The notes under the pieces are model-generated. The model searched no databases, was not told where the DNA came from, and was given only the letters and a program-made list of their open reading frames with translations. Source: an uncultured Rhodospirillales bacterium (GTDB lineage: Bacteria > Pseudomonadota > Alphaproteobacteria > Rhodospirillales > Casp-alpha2). From it: a stretch of 64,000 bases of DNA. The position numbers and the translations under genes were made by a program. The stretch spans positions 10,205 through 74,204 of the forward strand of contig CBFCYM010000003.1 of NCBI GenBank assembly GCA_965602485.1, read 5' to 3'. Below are positions 1 through 8,308 of the stretch, piece after piece. Every line of letters starts with the position of its first letter. The stretch's first letter is position 1.

Positions 1-591
1 GACCTCGTCCCATACACCACCCTCGAAATAGATCGATCCCGGTGCGATGCAGTTGACGCGAATATTGCGTGCGGCAAGCTCTTTGGCTTGGCTGGTTGTG
101 TAGTGAATAACGGCGGCCTTGACCGCACCGTAGGGTGGTGATTCTGGTGAGGCCGCCATGCCTGATATGGAAGAAATATGGATTAGATTTCCACCACCAG
201 CGCGTTCGATAAAGGGAACCGCCAGCCACGACGCGCGCACCAGTGCCATGAGATCAACGTCCAGGCTCTTTTGCCAGCCCTCTTCATCATCATCCTCACC
301 AAACCCCGAAGGGTTGTTAACCAGTACATGGAGTGAGCCTAGCGCGGCGTGGGCCTCGTCAAAGTAAGCTTTCAAGGCATCGACGTCTGATACGTCACAA
401 GGGCTGGCATGAATGGTTGCGTTCGGATTTATAGCGGCAAGCTCCGCGCGGGTCTGTTCAAGGCGTTCGCCACCGCGTGCGCAGATTGAGACATGAGCGC
501 CCTCACGCACCAAAGCATGGGCGATGGCGCGACCAATTCCCCGGCTGGCACCGGTGACAATGATGGCTTTATCCTTAAGTCCCATATCCAT
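1..591 (-). CDS. SDR-family short-chain dehydrogenase/reductase (partial; the C-terminus lies outside the window)
   Basis: Not in the ORF track because it has no stop in the window. My reverse translation from the ATG at 591..589 gives MDMGLKDKAIIVTGASRGIGRAIAHALVREGAHVSIC (TGxxxGIG Rossmann motif). Further on it gives HISSISGMAASPESPPYGAVKAAV (Ser plus YxxxK catalytic motif). The frame stays open to base 1. An in-frame alternative ATG is at 585. Confidence 0.85.
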   Translation of the reverse strand, partial: MDMGLKDKAIIVTGASRGIGRAIAHALVREGAHVSICARGGERLEQTRAELAAINPNATIHASPCDVSDVDALKAYFDEAHAALGSLHVLVNNPSGFGEDDDEEGWQKSLDVDLMALVRASWLAVPFIERAGGGNLIHISSISGMAASPESPPYGAVKAAVIHYTTSQAKELAARNIRVNCIAPGSIYFEGGVWDEV

Positions 592-817
592 GGCGTCCCG
601 TGCTCCTCGTTATTGCTTCTATAGGGAATTTATAATCACCAAGCTGCACCCTATCCGTATGATAATCCACTATAAACGGAGTTAAGTCCTTGGTGGAACG
701 TGAGATTTATGGCTAAACTATATTGGGCTAGTAAAATACTGAATTTGAACAGCGTATCGCACTCATGGCGCGTGTTTGATGCGCGTATGCAACAGTGAAA
801 GGCCGCTAAGGGCCATT

Positions 818-2251
818 ATGGATAAAACGATTAACCAAAGTGTTTTGCTCGTTGAGGATGAACCGCTGCTGTCGCAGTTGTATGTCGAGTATTTGTCGGA
901 AGAGCCCTATGATATTACGGCGGTTGAAACCGGCAAAGAAGCCTTGGCGTTGATCGATTCCGGGACCATAGATGCCGTCATCCTTGATCTGAACTTGCCC
1001 GATATCCACGGCATGGAAATTCTCAAACATATTCAGCAGACAGCGCCGCACCTCAGTGTGGTCGTGGTGACTGCGCATGGCTCCATCAATACGGCTGTAG
1101 AGGCCATGCAACTTGGTGCCGCTGACTTCCTGCTCAAGCCCTTTGATCCGGAACGTTTTGTTTATACCCTGCGCAATACGTTTGAGCTTCAGCAACTCAG
1201 CCAGATCGTTAAGACCTATAAGGAAGAATTCGACCGTCGTGAATACGAAGGTTTTATCGGCTCTTCGCTTTCCATGCAGGCCGTCTACAAGACCATCGAT
1301 GCAGCGGGGCCAAGTAAGGCATCTGTTTTCATTACCGGTGAATCGGGTACCGGGAAAGAGGTCTGCGCCGAGGCCGTTCATGCCAAGAGCGACCGCCGCG
1401 TGCGGCCTTTTATCGCACTCAATTGCGCCGCCATTCCAAAAGATTTGATGGAAAGCGAGATATTCGGTCATGTGAAAGGCGCGTTTACCGGGGCGCATAC
1501 CGAGCGTGATGGCGCGGCTGCAATGGCCGATGGCGGCACGTTGTTTCTCGATGAAATTTGTGAAATGGACCCTAGCTTGCAGGCCAAGCTGCTAAGATTT
1601 CTGCAAACTGGAACGTTCCAGAAACTTGGCAGTTCGGTGACTGAAAAGGTCGATGTGCGGTTTATCTGTGCCACGAACAAGGACCCGCGCGCCGAGGTTG
1701 AGGCCGGGAATTTTCGTGAAGATCTGTACTTCCGCTTGCATGTGGTGCCGATCCATTTGCCGCCGCTGCGTGAGCGCGATGGTGATATTCTGGAAATCGC
1801 TGAAATTTTTGTGCAGAGCTATGCCGAAGAAGAAGGTAAAAAATTCAGGGAAATATCGACAGATGCACGCTCTGCACTATTGAACTATCGCTGGTCCGGT
1901 AATGTGCGTGAACTGCAAAACGTACTGCGTAACGCCATTGTGTTGAATGATGGCGAGACCCTTGAGGCTAGCATGATCTCGGCGGTTGGCTCACCGACAT
2001 TTCCCTCAACGCATAACAATGGCACAGGCGAACATGCCAACGTTGCCAGTGCGCCTGGTCCGGCGCGTGGTGGTTCCGGTGGTGATGAGGTTTCAGGTAA
2101 CGGGGGCATCAAGCCACTGTGGCAGATTGAGCAGGACCATATTAATCGGGCGCTGGATGCTGCCGATGGCAATGTTGCACGCGCCGCCGCCTTGCTCGAA
2201 ATTGGTGCTTCGACGCTGTACCGCCGCCTCAAGGAGATGGGGCACGCTTAA
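818..2251 (+). CDS. luxO: LuxO-type sigma-54-dependent response regulator (receiver + AAA+ + Fis-type HTH)
   Basis: ORF 776..2251; the likely start is the ATG at 818 (MDKTINQSVLLVEDEP), preceded by AAGGG. The receiver has DAVILDLNLPDIHG. The AAA+ core has Walker A GESGTGKE and the sigma-54 contact loop in the LuxO-like form FGHVKGAFTGA, followed by LRFLQTGTFQKLGSS and REDLYFRLHVVPIHLPPLRER. As I recall Vibrio LuxO, these strings match it much better than generic NtrC. The C-terminal HTH is GNVARAAALLEIGASTLYRRLKE. Confidence 0.75.
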   Translation: MDKTINQSVLLVEDEPLLSQLYVEYLSEEPYDITAVETGKEALALIDSGTIDAVILDLNLPDIHGMEILKHIQQTAPHLSVVVVTAHGSINTAVEAMQLGAADFLLKPFDPERFVYTLRNTFELQQLSQIVKTYKEEFDRREYEGFIGSSLSMQAVYKTIDAAGPSKASVFITGESGTGKEVCAEAVHAKSDRRVRPFIALNCAAIPKDLMESEIFGHVKGAFTGAHTERDGAAAMADGGTLFLDEICEMDPSLQAKLLRFLQTGTFQKLGSSVTEKVDVRFICATNKDPRAEVEAGNFREDLYFRLHVVPIHLPPLRERDGDILEIAEIFVQSYAEEEGKKFREISTDARSALLNYRWSGNVRELQNVLRNAIVLNDGETLEASMISAVGSPTFPSTHNNGTGEHANVASAPGPARGGSGGDEVSGNGGIKPLWQIEQDHINRALDAADGNVARAAALLEIGASTLYRRLKEMGHA

Positions 2252-2259
2252 GGTGACTT

Positions 2260-3030
2260 TTAAAAGTTATCCTTCAGGCGTCTGGTCTCGGCAAATACCG
2301 AAACAATATCACTATCCATAAGACCAATGGTGCGCTGCAAGTCGGCGCTATCAGGCCGAAGGAACGGGTTGGTGTCGCGCTCCATCTGCATGGTGGATGG
2401 TACCGTGGGCAGGCCCTGAGAGCGCTTTTCATCGATCTCGGCCGCGCGTGCGACCAGCGCCGCATTATCAGGTTCTACCGACAGCGCAAAGCGTGCGTTG
2501 GACTGGGTGTATTCATGGGCGCAGAACACGCGGGTTTCCGCAGGCAGGTCTTTTAGCTTCGATAGCGAAGACCACATCTGCTGCGGCGTACCTTCAAACA
2601 GGCGTCCACAGCCCAGTGCAAACAACGTGTCACCACAAAATAGCGCATCAGAATCTTCAAACCAGAACGCGATATGACCGCGCGTGTGGCCGGGAACGTC
2701 AAAAACTTTGGCCATGGCGTTGCCCATCTTGAAGCTGTCGCCGTCACCCAATTGTACGTCGATGCCGGGGATACGGTCGCTGTCGGCACGTGGACCGATG
2801 ATGGTACAGCCGGTGTGTTCCTTGATCTCCAGATTACCGCCAGTGTGATCGCCGTGATGGTGGGTGTTGAGAACATGGGTGATGGTCCAGCCTTTTTGTG
2901 CTGCGGCATCCAGTACCGGTCCGACCACGGCAGGATCGACGATGGCGGTGGCACCACTCGATGCGTCGTGCGCCAGATAGACATAGTTGTCGTTAAGAAC
3001 GGCAACTTGGTGAATTTCGAGCTGTGCCAT
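2260..3030 (-). CDS. gloB: Hydroxyacylglutathione hydrolase (glyoxalase II)
   Basis: 256 aa. N-terminus is QVAVLNDNYVYLAHD. The metallo-beta-lactamase motif THHHGDHTGGN is present, and the C-terminal NPFLR segment is typical of GloB. Confidence 0.9.
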   Translation of the reverse strand: MAQLEIHQVAVLNDNYVYLAHDASSGATAIVDPAVVGPVLDAAAQKGWTITHVLNTHHHGDHTGGNLEIKEHTGCTIIGPRADSDRIPGIDVQLGDGDSFKMGNAMAKVFDVPGHTRGHIAFWFEDSDALFCGDTLFALGCGRLFEGTPQQMWSSLSKLKDLPAETRVFCAHEYTQSNARFALSVEPDNAALVARAAEIDEKRSQGLPTVPSTMQMERDTNPFLRPDSADLQRTIGLMDSDIVSVFAETRRLKDNF

Positions 3031-3137
3031 GATGTTTGTCCGTGGTCAGAATGATGGGTCGGTAGAATTGTCCCACTGTAATACGCATATAGGCGCGGCT
3101 TGCCAACCGTGCTACGTGCTGCGACGGGAAAACGCGA

Positions 3138-3599
3138 TCAGGTGTCGGATTTCAAGGTAAACCGGAAATTGCAGCGCGCATGCCCCGCCATGATGGTTTC
3201 GTCACGTGTCATGGTGATGCGCGGGTCGTAACCTTCGCACAGGCTGCCATCGCGGTTGCATGATAGTGCCGCGCCGAGATCTTGCGCACCGATCTCGCTG
3301 TACATTTCAGCGTATCGGCAGCGCACGACATCGAACGCCAGAACCTCGTCGGTTTGTTCGCGCGGCTCGACCTCCATCGCGCCACCCTGTCGCCACGGGG
3401 CCAGAACGTTGGCGAAGCTTTCAAGGCTGGTCTCACCATCTCTAGCGGCCAGATCCTGCCCCATGGTTCGTGCCAGTTTGCGCGCCACGTTGCCAAGCAA
3501 TGCGAGGGATTTTTCAGCACCCAGATCAGGCAGCATTTCGTCATACACGGCCTTGGCGAATTCGGCTTCGATGCGGCGGCGTTCGAGCAATGTAGTCAT
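3138..3599 (-). CDS. L-2-amino-thiazoline-4-carboxylic acid hydrolase-like (ATC_hydrolase family) small protein
   Basis: 153 aa. The C-terminal pattern LSCNRDGSLCEGYDPRITMTRDETIMAGHARCNFRF matches the conserved Cys-containing tail of this family as I remember it. It lies 17 nt downstream of the M24 peptidase gene on the same strand. Confidence 0.5.
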   Translation of the reverse strand: MTTLLERRRIEAEFAKAVYDEMLPDLGAEKSLALLGNVARKLARTMGQDLAARDGETSLESFANVLAPWRQGGAMEVEPREQTDEVLAFDVVRCRYAEMYSEIGAQDLGAALSCNRDGSLCEGYDPRITMTRDETIMAGHARCNFRFTLKSDT

Positions 3600-3616
3600 G
3601 GTTTTTAATCCTGATT

Positions 3617-4870
3617 TCAGGCCTCAAGAACGGTCAGGCTGCGTGGCGATTTGCACGGCAGTTCGGCGGTGTCTTCCTTGAACAGCAGCGTGCAGATGTA
3701 ATAGGTGATGCCAGAGAGACGCGGTGCGAAGAACTGGCTTTCGAAATTAACCACCGTGTTGGGCTCAAACACGCGCTCGCTGTCCGTATCGGACATTTCA
3801 TAGACGAAATTGCCGACCCAGTCGGGTGGAAAGCCGATGCCAAGCTCATAGCCGCCGACCCAGCCCGCATCGGCCCAGATACCTACTTCGTCATAGTATT
3901 CGCGTGCCCGGGTGACCAGTTCGGCAATCGGCAGGTTGGGCCGCAGGATATCGGCAATCACGTCGAATACCCCGGCGGCTTTTTCATGATAATCCGCCAC
4001 GTCACGCGGTGGTTCACCAACATAAAATGCGCGTGCGGCATTGGCGTGGTAGCGGTTATAGACGCCGCAGACATCCACGTTGACCTGCTCGCCAGCCATG
4101 ATGACCTTGCGGCTCGACAGGGCATGCCCGGTGTTGGCCTTGGCACCTGAGAGCACCGGCAGGGTGATGGACGGGTTCTCGCCGCCCGCTTGCGCCATGG
4201 CGCAGATGATCTCGCCGTATACATCGAGTTCTGTAACGCCGGGTGCAATGGTATCGCGTGCTGCGCTCATGCCGATATCGGTAATGCGTGCGGCATGCTC
4301 GATATAGGCCATTTCCTGAGGCGACTTGATCCAGCGGATTTCGCGCAGGATATCACTGCCGTCGGCCACACTTAATCCTGCGCCCTCGAACGCGGCGCGG
4401 AACCGTGCGCTGATGGCGGGGTTGGGGCGATAGCTGTGCAGTTCCATGCCGATGGTGCCGTTGAGCCAGCCTTCGGCCTTTAGCTCATCAACGATAAAGC
4501 TGATGCCGTCGCGCCGCGTGCCCATGGGAAAGGTCCGCATGTCGCTGGCACAGGTCACGAAGCGGCACATAATCTTTTCGCTCGGCGTATCGAACAGGAT
4601 AAATTTATCATGGTCACGGTGGATGGCGATGCCGCTGGTCGCAGGCCATTGCTTGGGGCTTTGTGCCTGATACCACTCACAGGTATAACCGCTGACGTAA
4701 TACATGCTTTCCGGTGCCATCAGCCACAGCACGTCGATACCATCATGTTCCATGCGCGCACGGATGCGTGTCAGGCGCTCCTGATATTCAGTCAGTGAAA
4801 ATGCCAGTTCCATAGCGGGCTGGCATTGCTCGAGGGCAAGTTCACGGTTGCGTCCCTGATTCTGTTCCAC
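3617..4870 (-). CDS. M24-family metallopeptidase (creatinase/Xaa-Pro aminopeptidase-like)
   Basis: ORF 3617..4972. It has a creatinase-type N-domain (EYQERLTRIRARMEHDGIDVLWLMAPESMYYVSGY) and a pita-bread C-domain. I place the start at the GTG at 4870, which is preceded by AGGAG plus a 7-nt spacer. The ATG at 4813 is an alternative. Confidence 0.8.
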   Translation of the reverse strand: MEQNQGRNRELALEQCQPAMELAFSLTEYQERLTRIRARMEHDGIDVLWLMAPESMYYVSGYTCEWYQAQSPKQWPATSGIAIHRDHDKFILFDTPSEKIMCRFVTCASDMRTFPMGTRRDGISFIVDELKAEGWLNGTIGMELHSYRPNPAISARFRAAFEGAGLSVADGSDILREIRWIKSPQEMAYIEHAARITDIGMSAARDTIAPGVTELDVYGEIICAMAQAGGENPSITLPVLSGAKANTGHALSSRKVIMAGEQVNVDVCGVYNRYHANAARAFYVGEPPRDVADYHEKAAGVFDVIADILRPNLPIAELVTRAREYYDEVGIWADAGWVGGYELGIGFPPDWVGNFVYEMSDTDSERVFEPNTVVNFESQFFAPRLSGITYYICTLLFKEDTAELPCKSPRSLTVLEA

Positions 4871-5042
4871 GGTGTAGCTCCTGTTATCGCTATTTTTATA
4901 AATTGGGTGAACAGTGGAGCCATATGGGAATGACGTCAATTGACCAAAACTGGACAGGTCTGATTGAACCATTGCCCAAGAAGTGCTTCCGGCGGGCGTC
5001 TGGCCCGCCTATGCTGGTATAAATATACCAAGGAGAATTTTT

Positions 5043-5852
5043 ATGGCGCGTGCGCCCATCATTCTGGCTGGCTTTATCGGCGTGCTCAGCAGTTTTGCCG
5101 TTACCGCAGCACAGGCCGCAACCGAGCTTGCCCCGCACCGTGCATTTTATTCGGTCTCGCTGGCAAAAAATTCGGTTCAGGGACAGGTGCTTGGCGTTGA
5201 TGGCGTGATGACCATGACTATGGAACGCACGTGTGATGGCTGGATTTTCACGCAGGATATGGAAACCGTGATTGCGCTGGAAAATGGCAGTGCGCTCAGC
5301 CAGAGCGCGCTGTTTACCAGTTGGGAATCCCTCGACGGCCTTGAGTACCGGTTTGCCTCACGCTATCGCAACGGCGGTGGCAGCGATCAAATTCGCGGTC
5401 GTGCTGAATTACGTGCCGATGGTTCGGGTACGGCGCATTATAGCGAACCGGAAAAGGCCGAGGTCGAATTGCCGCGCGGCACACTATTCCCCATATCGCA
5501 TACCGCGTGGCTGATCGATGAAGCGGCATCGGGTGCGCGCTATGCCTCACGCGTGGTGTTTACGGGGTCCGAAGAACTGGAGCCCGAACTGATCAACGTC
5601 TTTATCGGTAACCCTGTGGACTCAGCACGGCAAGGCGAAGAGCCGAACGGTATGTTAAGCGAGCGAACGGGCTGGCCGTTGACCATGGCGTTCCACTCGG
5701 TGGCCAGTGCAACCGGCGTGCCAAGCTTTGAGATGAACGCCATGCAACTTGATAACGGCGTAGCACCAAACCTGCGTATGAATTTCGGCGAGTTCGCGAC
5801 CGAAATGAAGGTCGAGCGATTAGAGCCCATTGCCTCGCCCGACTGTCCATAG
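5043..5852 (+). CDS. EipB-like cell-envelope integrity protein (DUF1849)
   Basis: The start is the ATG at 5043, preceded by AAGGAG plus 7 nt. It has a signal peptide (MARAPIILAGFIGVLSSFAVTAAQA) followed by LAPHRAFYSVSL. One Cys sits near the N-terminus (ERTCDGW) and one at the extreme C-terminus (SPDCP), as in the disulfide described for Brucella EipB. Confidence 0.6.
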   Translation: MARAPIILAGFIGVLSSFAVTAAQAATELAPHRAFYSVSLAKNSVQGQVLGVDGVMTMTMERTCDGWIFTQDMETVIALENGSALSQSALFTSWESLDGLEYRFASRYRNGGGSDQIRGRAELRADGSGTAHYSEPEKAEVELPRGTLFPISHTAWLIDEAASGARYASRVVFTGSEELEPELINVFIGNPVDSARQGEEPNGMLSERTGWPLTMAFHSVASATGVPSFEMNAMQLDNGVAPNLRMNFGEFATEMKVERLEPIASPDCP

Positions 5853-5929
5853 GTTGGGTTCGATGGGTTGTCGCTATGCTTTGGCGGGGTTAGTCTTTCA
5901 AACATAATCGTATGCATGAGGGGATAAGC

Positions 5930-6640
5930 ATGGCGGCGCTGCGTTTTCGAAGCTTGGCAAATTTGGTATTGGCTATGGCGCTGATGGGGTGGTTGAACCT
6001 ACCCACAGCGGCATTGGCAGAGACTCCCTATGTTGGCATGCAGCCTCAGGAGTTGCCGCAGAAAGCCATGGCAGCGCTGGGCTATGGCGCGCCGTCCGGT
6101 GTCATGGTGCGCGATGTTGGGCGCGATACACCGTCCGCCGAAGCCGGTATCATGCGCGGGGATTTATTGCTTAAAGCCAATGGTCAGCCGATCCATACGC
6201 TCAAGGACCTGCTCGACGTGGTCGGCACATTGTCTGCCGGGGACGCGTTTGATCTCACCATTCATCGTGGTGATCAGACACTGGATCTTACGGTGGCGAC
6301 ACGCGCCTGGCCGGCCTCAAGCAAAATCAAGGGCGCGCACATGGGTAACCTGCCTGCGCTCGGCCTGACTATGGCAGCACTCAGCCAGAAAATTCGTAAA
6401 CAATTCGGCGTGCGCTGGGATTCCGAGGGTGTGCTGGTCTCTCTGATTGACCCATCCAAGGGGGTATCGGAAATCATTGTGCGTGGCGACGTGATCGTAC
6501 AGATCAACCAGCAAGCGGTCTGGATGCCCGAGCAGTTGCTCGATATCTACAAGGCGGCCAAGGACGCTGGCCAAAAACAGGTCGTGCTGCTGGTCGAACG
6601 CGCAGCAGGGTACGTCTTCGTGATTTTGCCCGTGCGTTAA
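5930..6640 (+). CDS. Secreted tandem-PDZ-domain protein (no protease domain)
   Basis: ORF 5912..6640; the in-frame ATG at 5930 follows GAGGGG plus 6 nt. It has a signal peptide ending in ALA. There are two PDZ-like segments: GVMVRDVGRDTPSAEAGIMRGDLLLKANGQPI and GVLVSLIDPSKGVSEIIVRGDVIVQINQQAV. Confidence 0.7.
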   Translation: MAALRFRSLANLVLAMALMGWLNLPTAALAETPYVGMQPQELPQKAMAALGYGAPSGVMVRDVGRDTPSAEAGIMRGDLLLKANGQPIHTLKDLLDVVGTLSAGDAFDLTIHRGDQTLDLTVATRAWPASSKIKGAHMGNLPALGLTMAALSQKIRKQFGVRWDSEGVLVSLIDPSKGVSEIIVRGDVIVQINQQAVWMPEQLLDIYKAAKDAGQKQVVLLVERAAGYVFVILPVR

Positions 6641-6653
6641 ATAGCGTCTCGCC

Positions 6654-7433
6654 TCAGCCCTTTCGGGCCTTGGCTACCAGTTGCTTCATGGCGTTGAGAT
6701 CAATCGCGCCGGGTGCCAGTTCGTCACCAATGATAAAGGCCGGGGTGCCATTGATCTGGAGGATTTGTGCCAGCTCATAATTCCGCTGAATAACGGCGTC
6801 GACCTTGGGGTCCTTCATGGCAACCTTCATGGCGTCGGTGTCGATACCCAGTTCGGCAGCGTAGTCATAGACCTTGTTGGCGCTAAGCGCGCCGCGGCCA
6901 CCCATCATCGCATCGTGATAGGCCATGTATTTATCCGGCCATGTGTTCCATACCGCCAACGCTGCGCGCGTCGCCAGCACCGACTCATCACCCAAAATCG
7001 GGAATTCCTTGAATACCACACGTACGCCTTTGTCCTCGGCCATGATTTTCATGAGGTCGGGGAGCACACGTTTGCAATAGCTGCAGCGGTAATCGAAGAA
7101 TTCAACAATGGTGACCGTGGCGGCAGCGTCACCGACGGCCGGGTCGGCCGGATCATGGGCCAGTTGGTCGCGCAATTGAACAACAGCTTCTTTCGCATGA
7201 TCACGCTCGGCCTGCTCCTTGCGGGCCTGCATGGACTGTAGCGAGCGCATGATGATGTCCGGGTTCTTGGTGATGTAATCCTCGATCAGGGCTTCTATTT
7301 CCTTGCGCTGGGCCTCGCTCAAACTTTCTTCGGCCTGGGCCGGGGTACTCGTCATGGCGAGCCATCCGCCAAATACGATAATGCCGAGGAATGCGGTGAA
7401 ACTTTTCAGTGCGCCTGATCGTGATCGAGTCAT
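6654..7433 (-). CDS. DsbA-family thiol:disulfide oxidoreductase
   Basis: 259 aa with a signal peptide. The CxxC active site sits in FFDYRCSYCKRV, and the rest has a DsbA/thioredoxin-fold layout. Confidence 0.85.
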   Translation of the reverse strand: MTRSRSGALKSFTAFLGIIVFGGWLAMTSTPAQAEESLSEAQRKEIEALIEDYITKNPDIIMRSLQSMQARKEQAERDHAKEAVVQLRDQLAHDPADPAVGDAAATVTIVEFFDYRCSYCKRVLPDLMKIMAEDKGVRVVFKEFPILGDESVLATRAALAVWNTWPDKYMAYHDAMMGGRGALSANKVYDYAAELGIDTDAMKVAMKDPKVDAVIQRNYELAQILQINGTPAFIIGDELAPGAIDLNAMKQLVAKARKG

Positions 7434-7570
7434 GAGTTCTGCCTTTGAAAATGCCTGTAACGTCGGATTGTCCCCATGGGGCGATGCGTATCATGCCGTA
7501 TGGTGTGTGCGCCGACAAGCCGCCAACATGCGTTTCCGGCATCAATCAAGCGATTGTGAAAGAACACGCC

Positions 7571-8308
7571 CTAGCGGAACAGGGTTATGGTCGAGAGATA
7601 CCCCACAGTCGCATCGCGCGCACCGTGTGCGGTAATGGCGATGTAGGCGATCTTTACGTTTGCCGGGTTTTCCATAGGCCATAGCTGCGTGTAGAGCGCG
7701 GCCAGATCAATGCTTTCACGCCACCACCGCGCGGTATTCTCGGTTCCACCACGCACGGCGTACAGCGGCAGTGGCGTATGCTCACCCGTGGTGTCGAGGT
7801 AACCGCGTGCAAGGGCTGAATATGTCCAGCCCAGTTGCAGCGCTCGCGAGGCCTGTGGCGCACCGTTTATTTGCGGGATGGCACTGGACCATGGTTGTTC
7901 GGGTGCGCCGGGTGGCGCGGCAAAGCCAACCAGCAAGGTCACATCGTGGTAGGGTGGCGCATGCTCGGACATGTTCCATGACCATTCCAGATATGGTGTG
8001 GCCAGCAGATTGGCATCAAGCGGGCGTGCAATCACAAACGCATCAAACAACGGTTCAATCTTTAATGCGGGCAGCCCGCCGTGTGTCGTGATGATCAGTG
8101 CGCCGGGTGCGGGGTCTTCGAGCACGCTCCAGTGGCCGCTATCGATGGATTTGGCAAACCGCGCATCGGGCGTGAAGACTTCAAGCATGCCACCGGGACC
8201 AATGGCGGAAACCACCGGCTGCGTTGCGCAGCCCGCAAGTATAAAGATCATGGGCACAAACAAGCGTGCTCGTCGCAATATGCGCGCCCATGTGCGAGAC
8301 GTATGCAT
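7571..8308 (-). CDS. Lipoprotein, possibly DUF3047 family
   Basis: ORF 7571..8368. The start is at 8308 (MHTSRTW), and the lipobox is ILAGC. Its start codon overlaps the stop of the upstream M48 gene (TAATG), implying co-transcription. The DUF3047 assignment rests only on loose pattern memory (PYLEWSWNM ... VTLLVGF). Confidence 0.55.
   Translation of the reverse strand: MHTSRTWARILRRARLFVPMIFILAGCATQPVVSAIGPGGMLEVFTPDARFAKSIDSGHWSVLEDPAPGALIITTHGGLPALKIEPLFDAFVIARPLDANLLATPYLEWSWNMSEHAPPYHDVTLLVGFAAPPGAPEQPWSSAIPQINGAPQASRALQLGWTYSALARGYLDTTGEHTPLPLYAVRGGTENTARWWRESIDLAALYTQLWPMENPANVKIAYIAITAHGARDATVGYLSTITLFR

Noticed and set aside
592-817. Search for a Qrr-like sRNA, a sigma-54 promoter or a LuxO box upstream of the LuxO-type gene.
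   Set aside because: I found no GG-N10-GC arrangement with the right spacing. The closest candidate is TGGCGCGTGTTTGATGC around 766-782, and it has the wrong spacing. I also found no TTGCA-N3-TGCAA box and no terminator-like hairpin by eye. A covariance or PWM scan would be needed to be sure.
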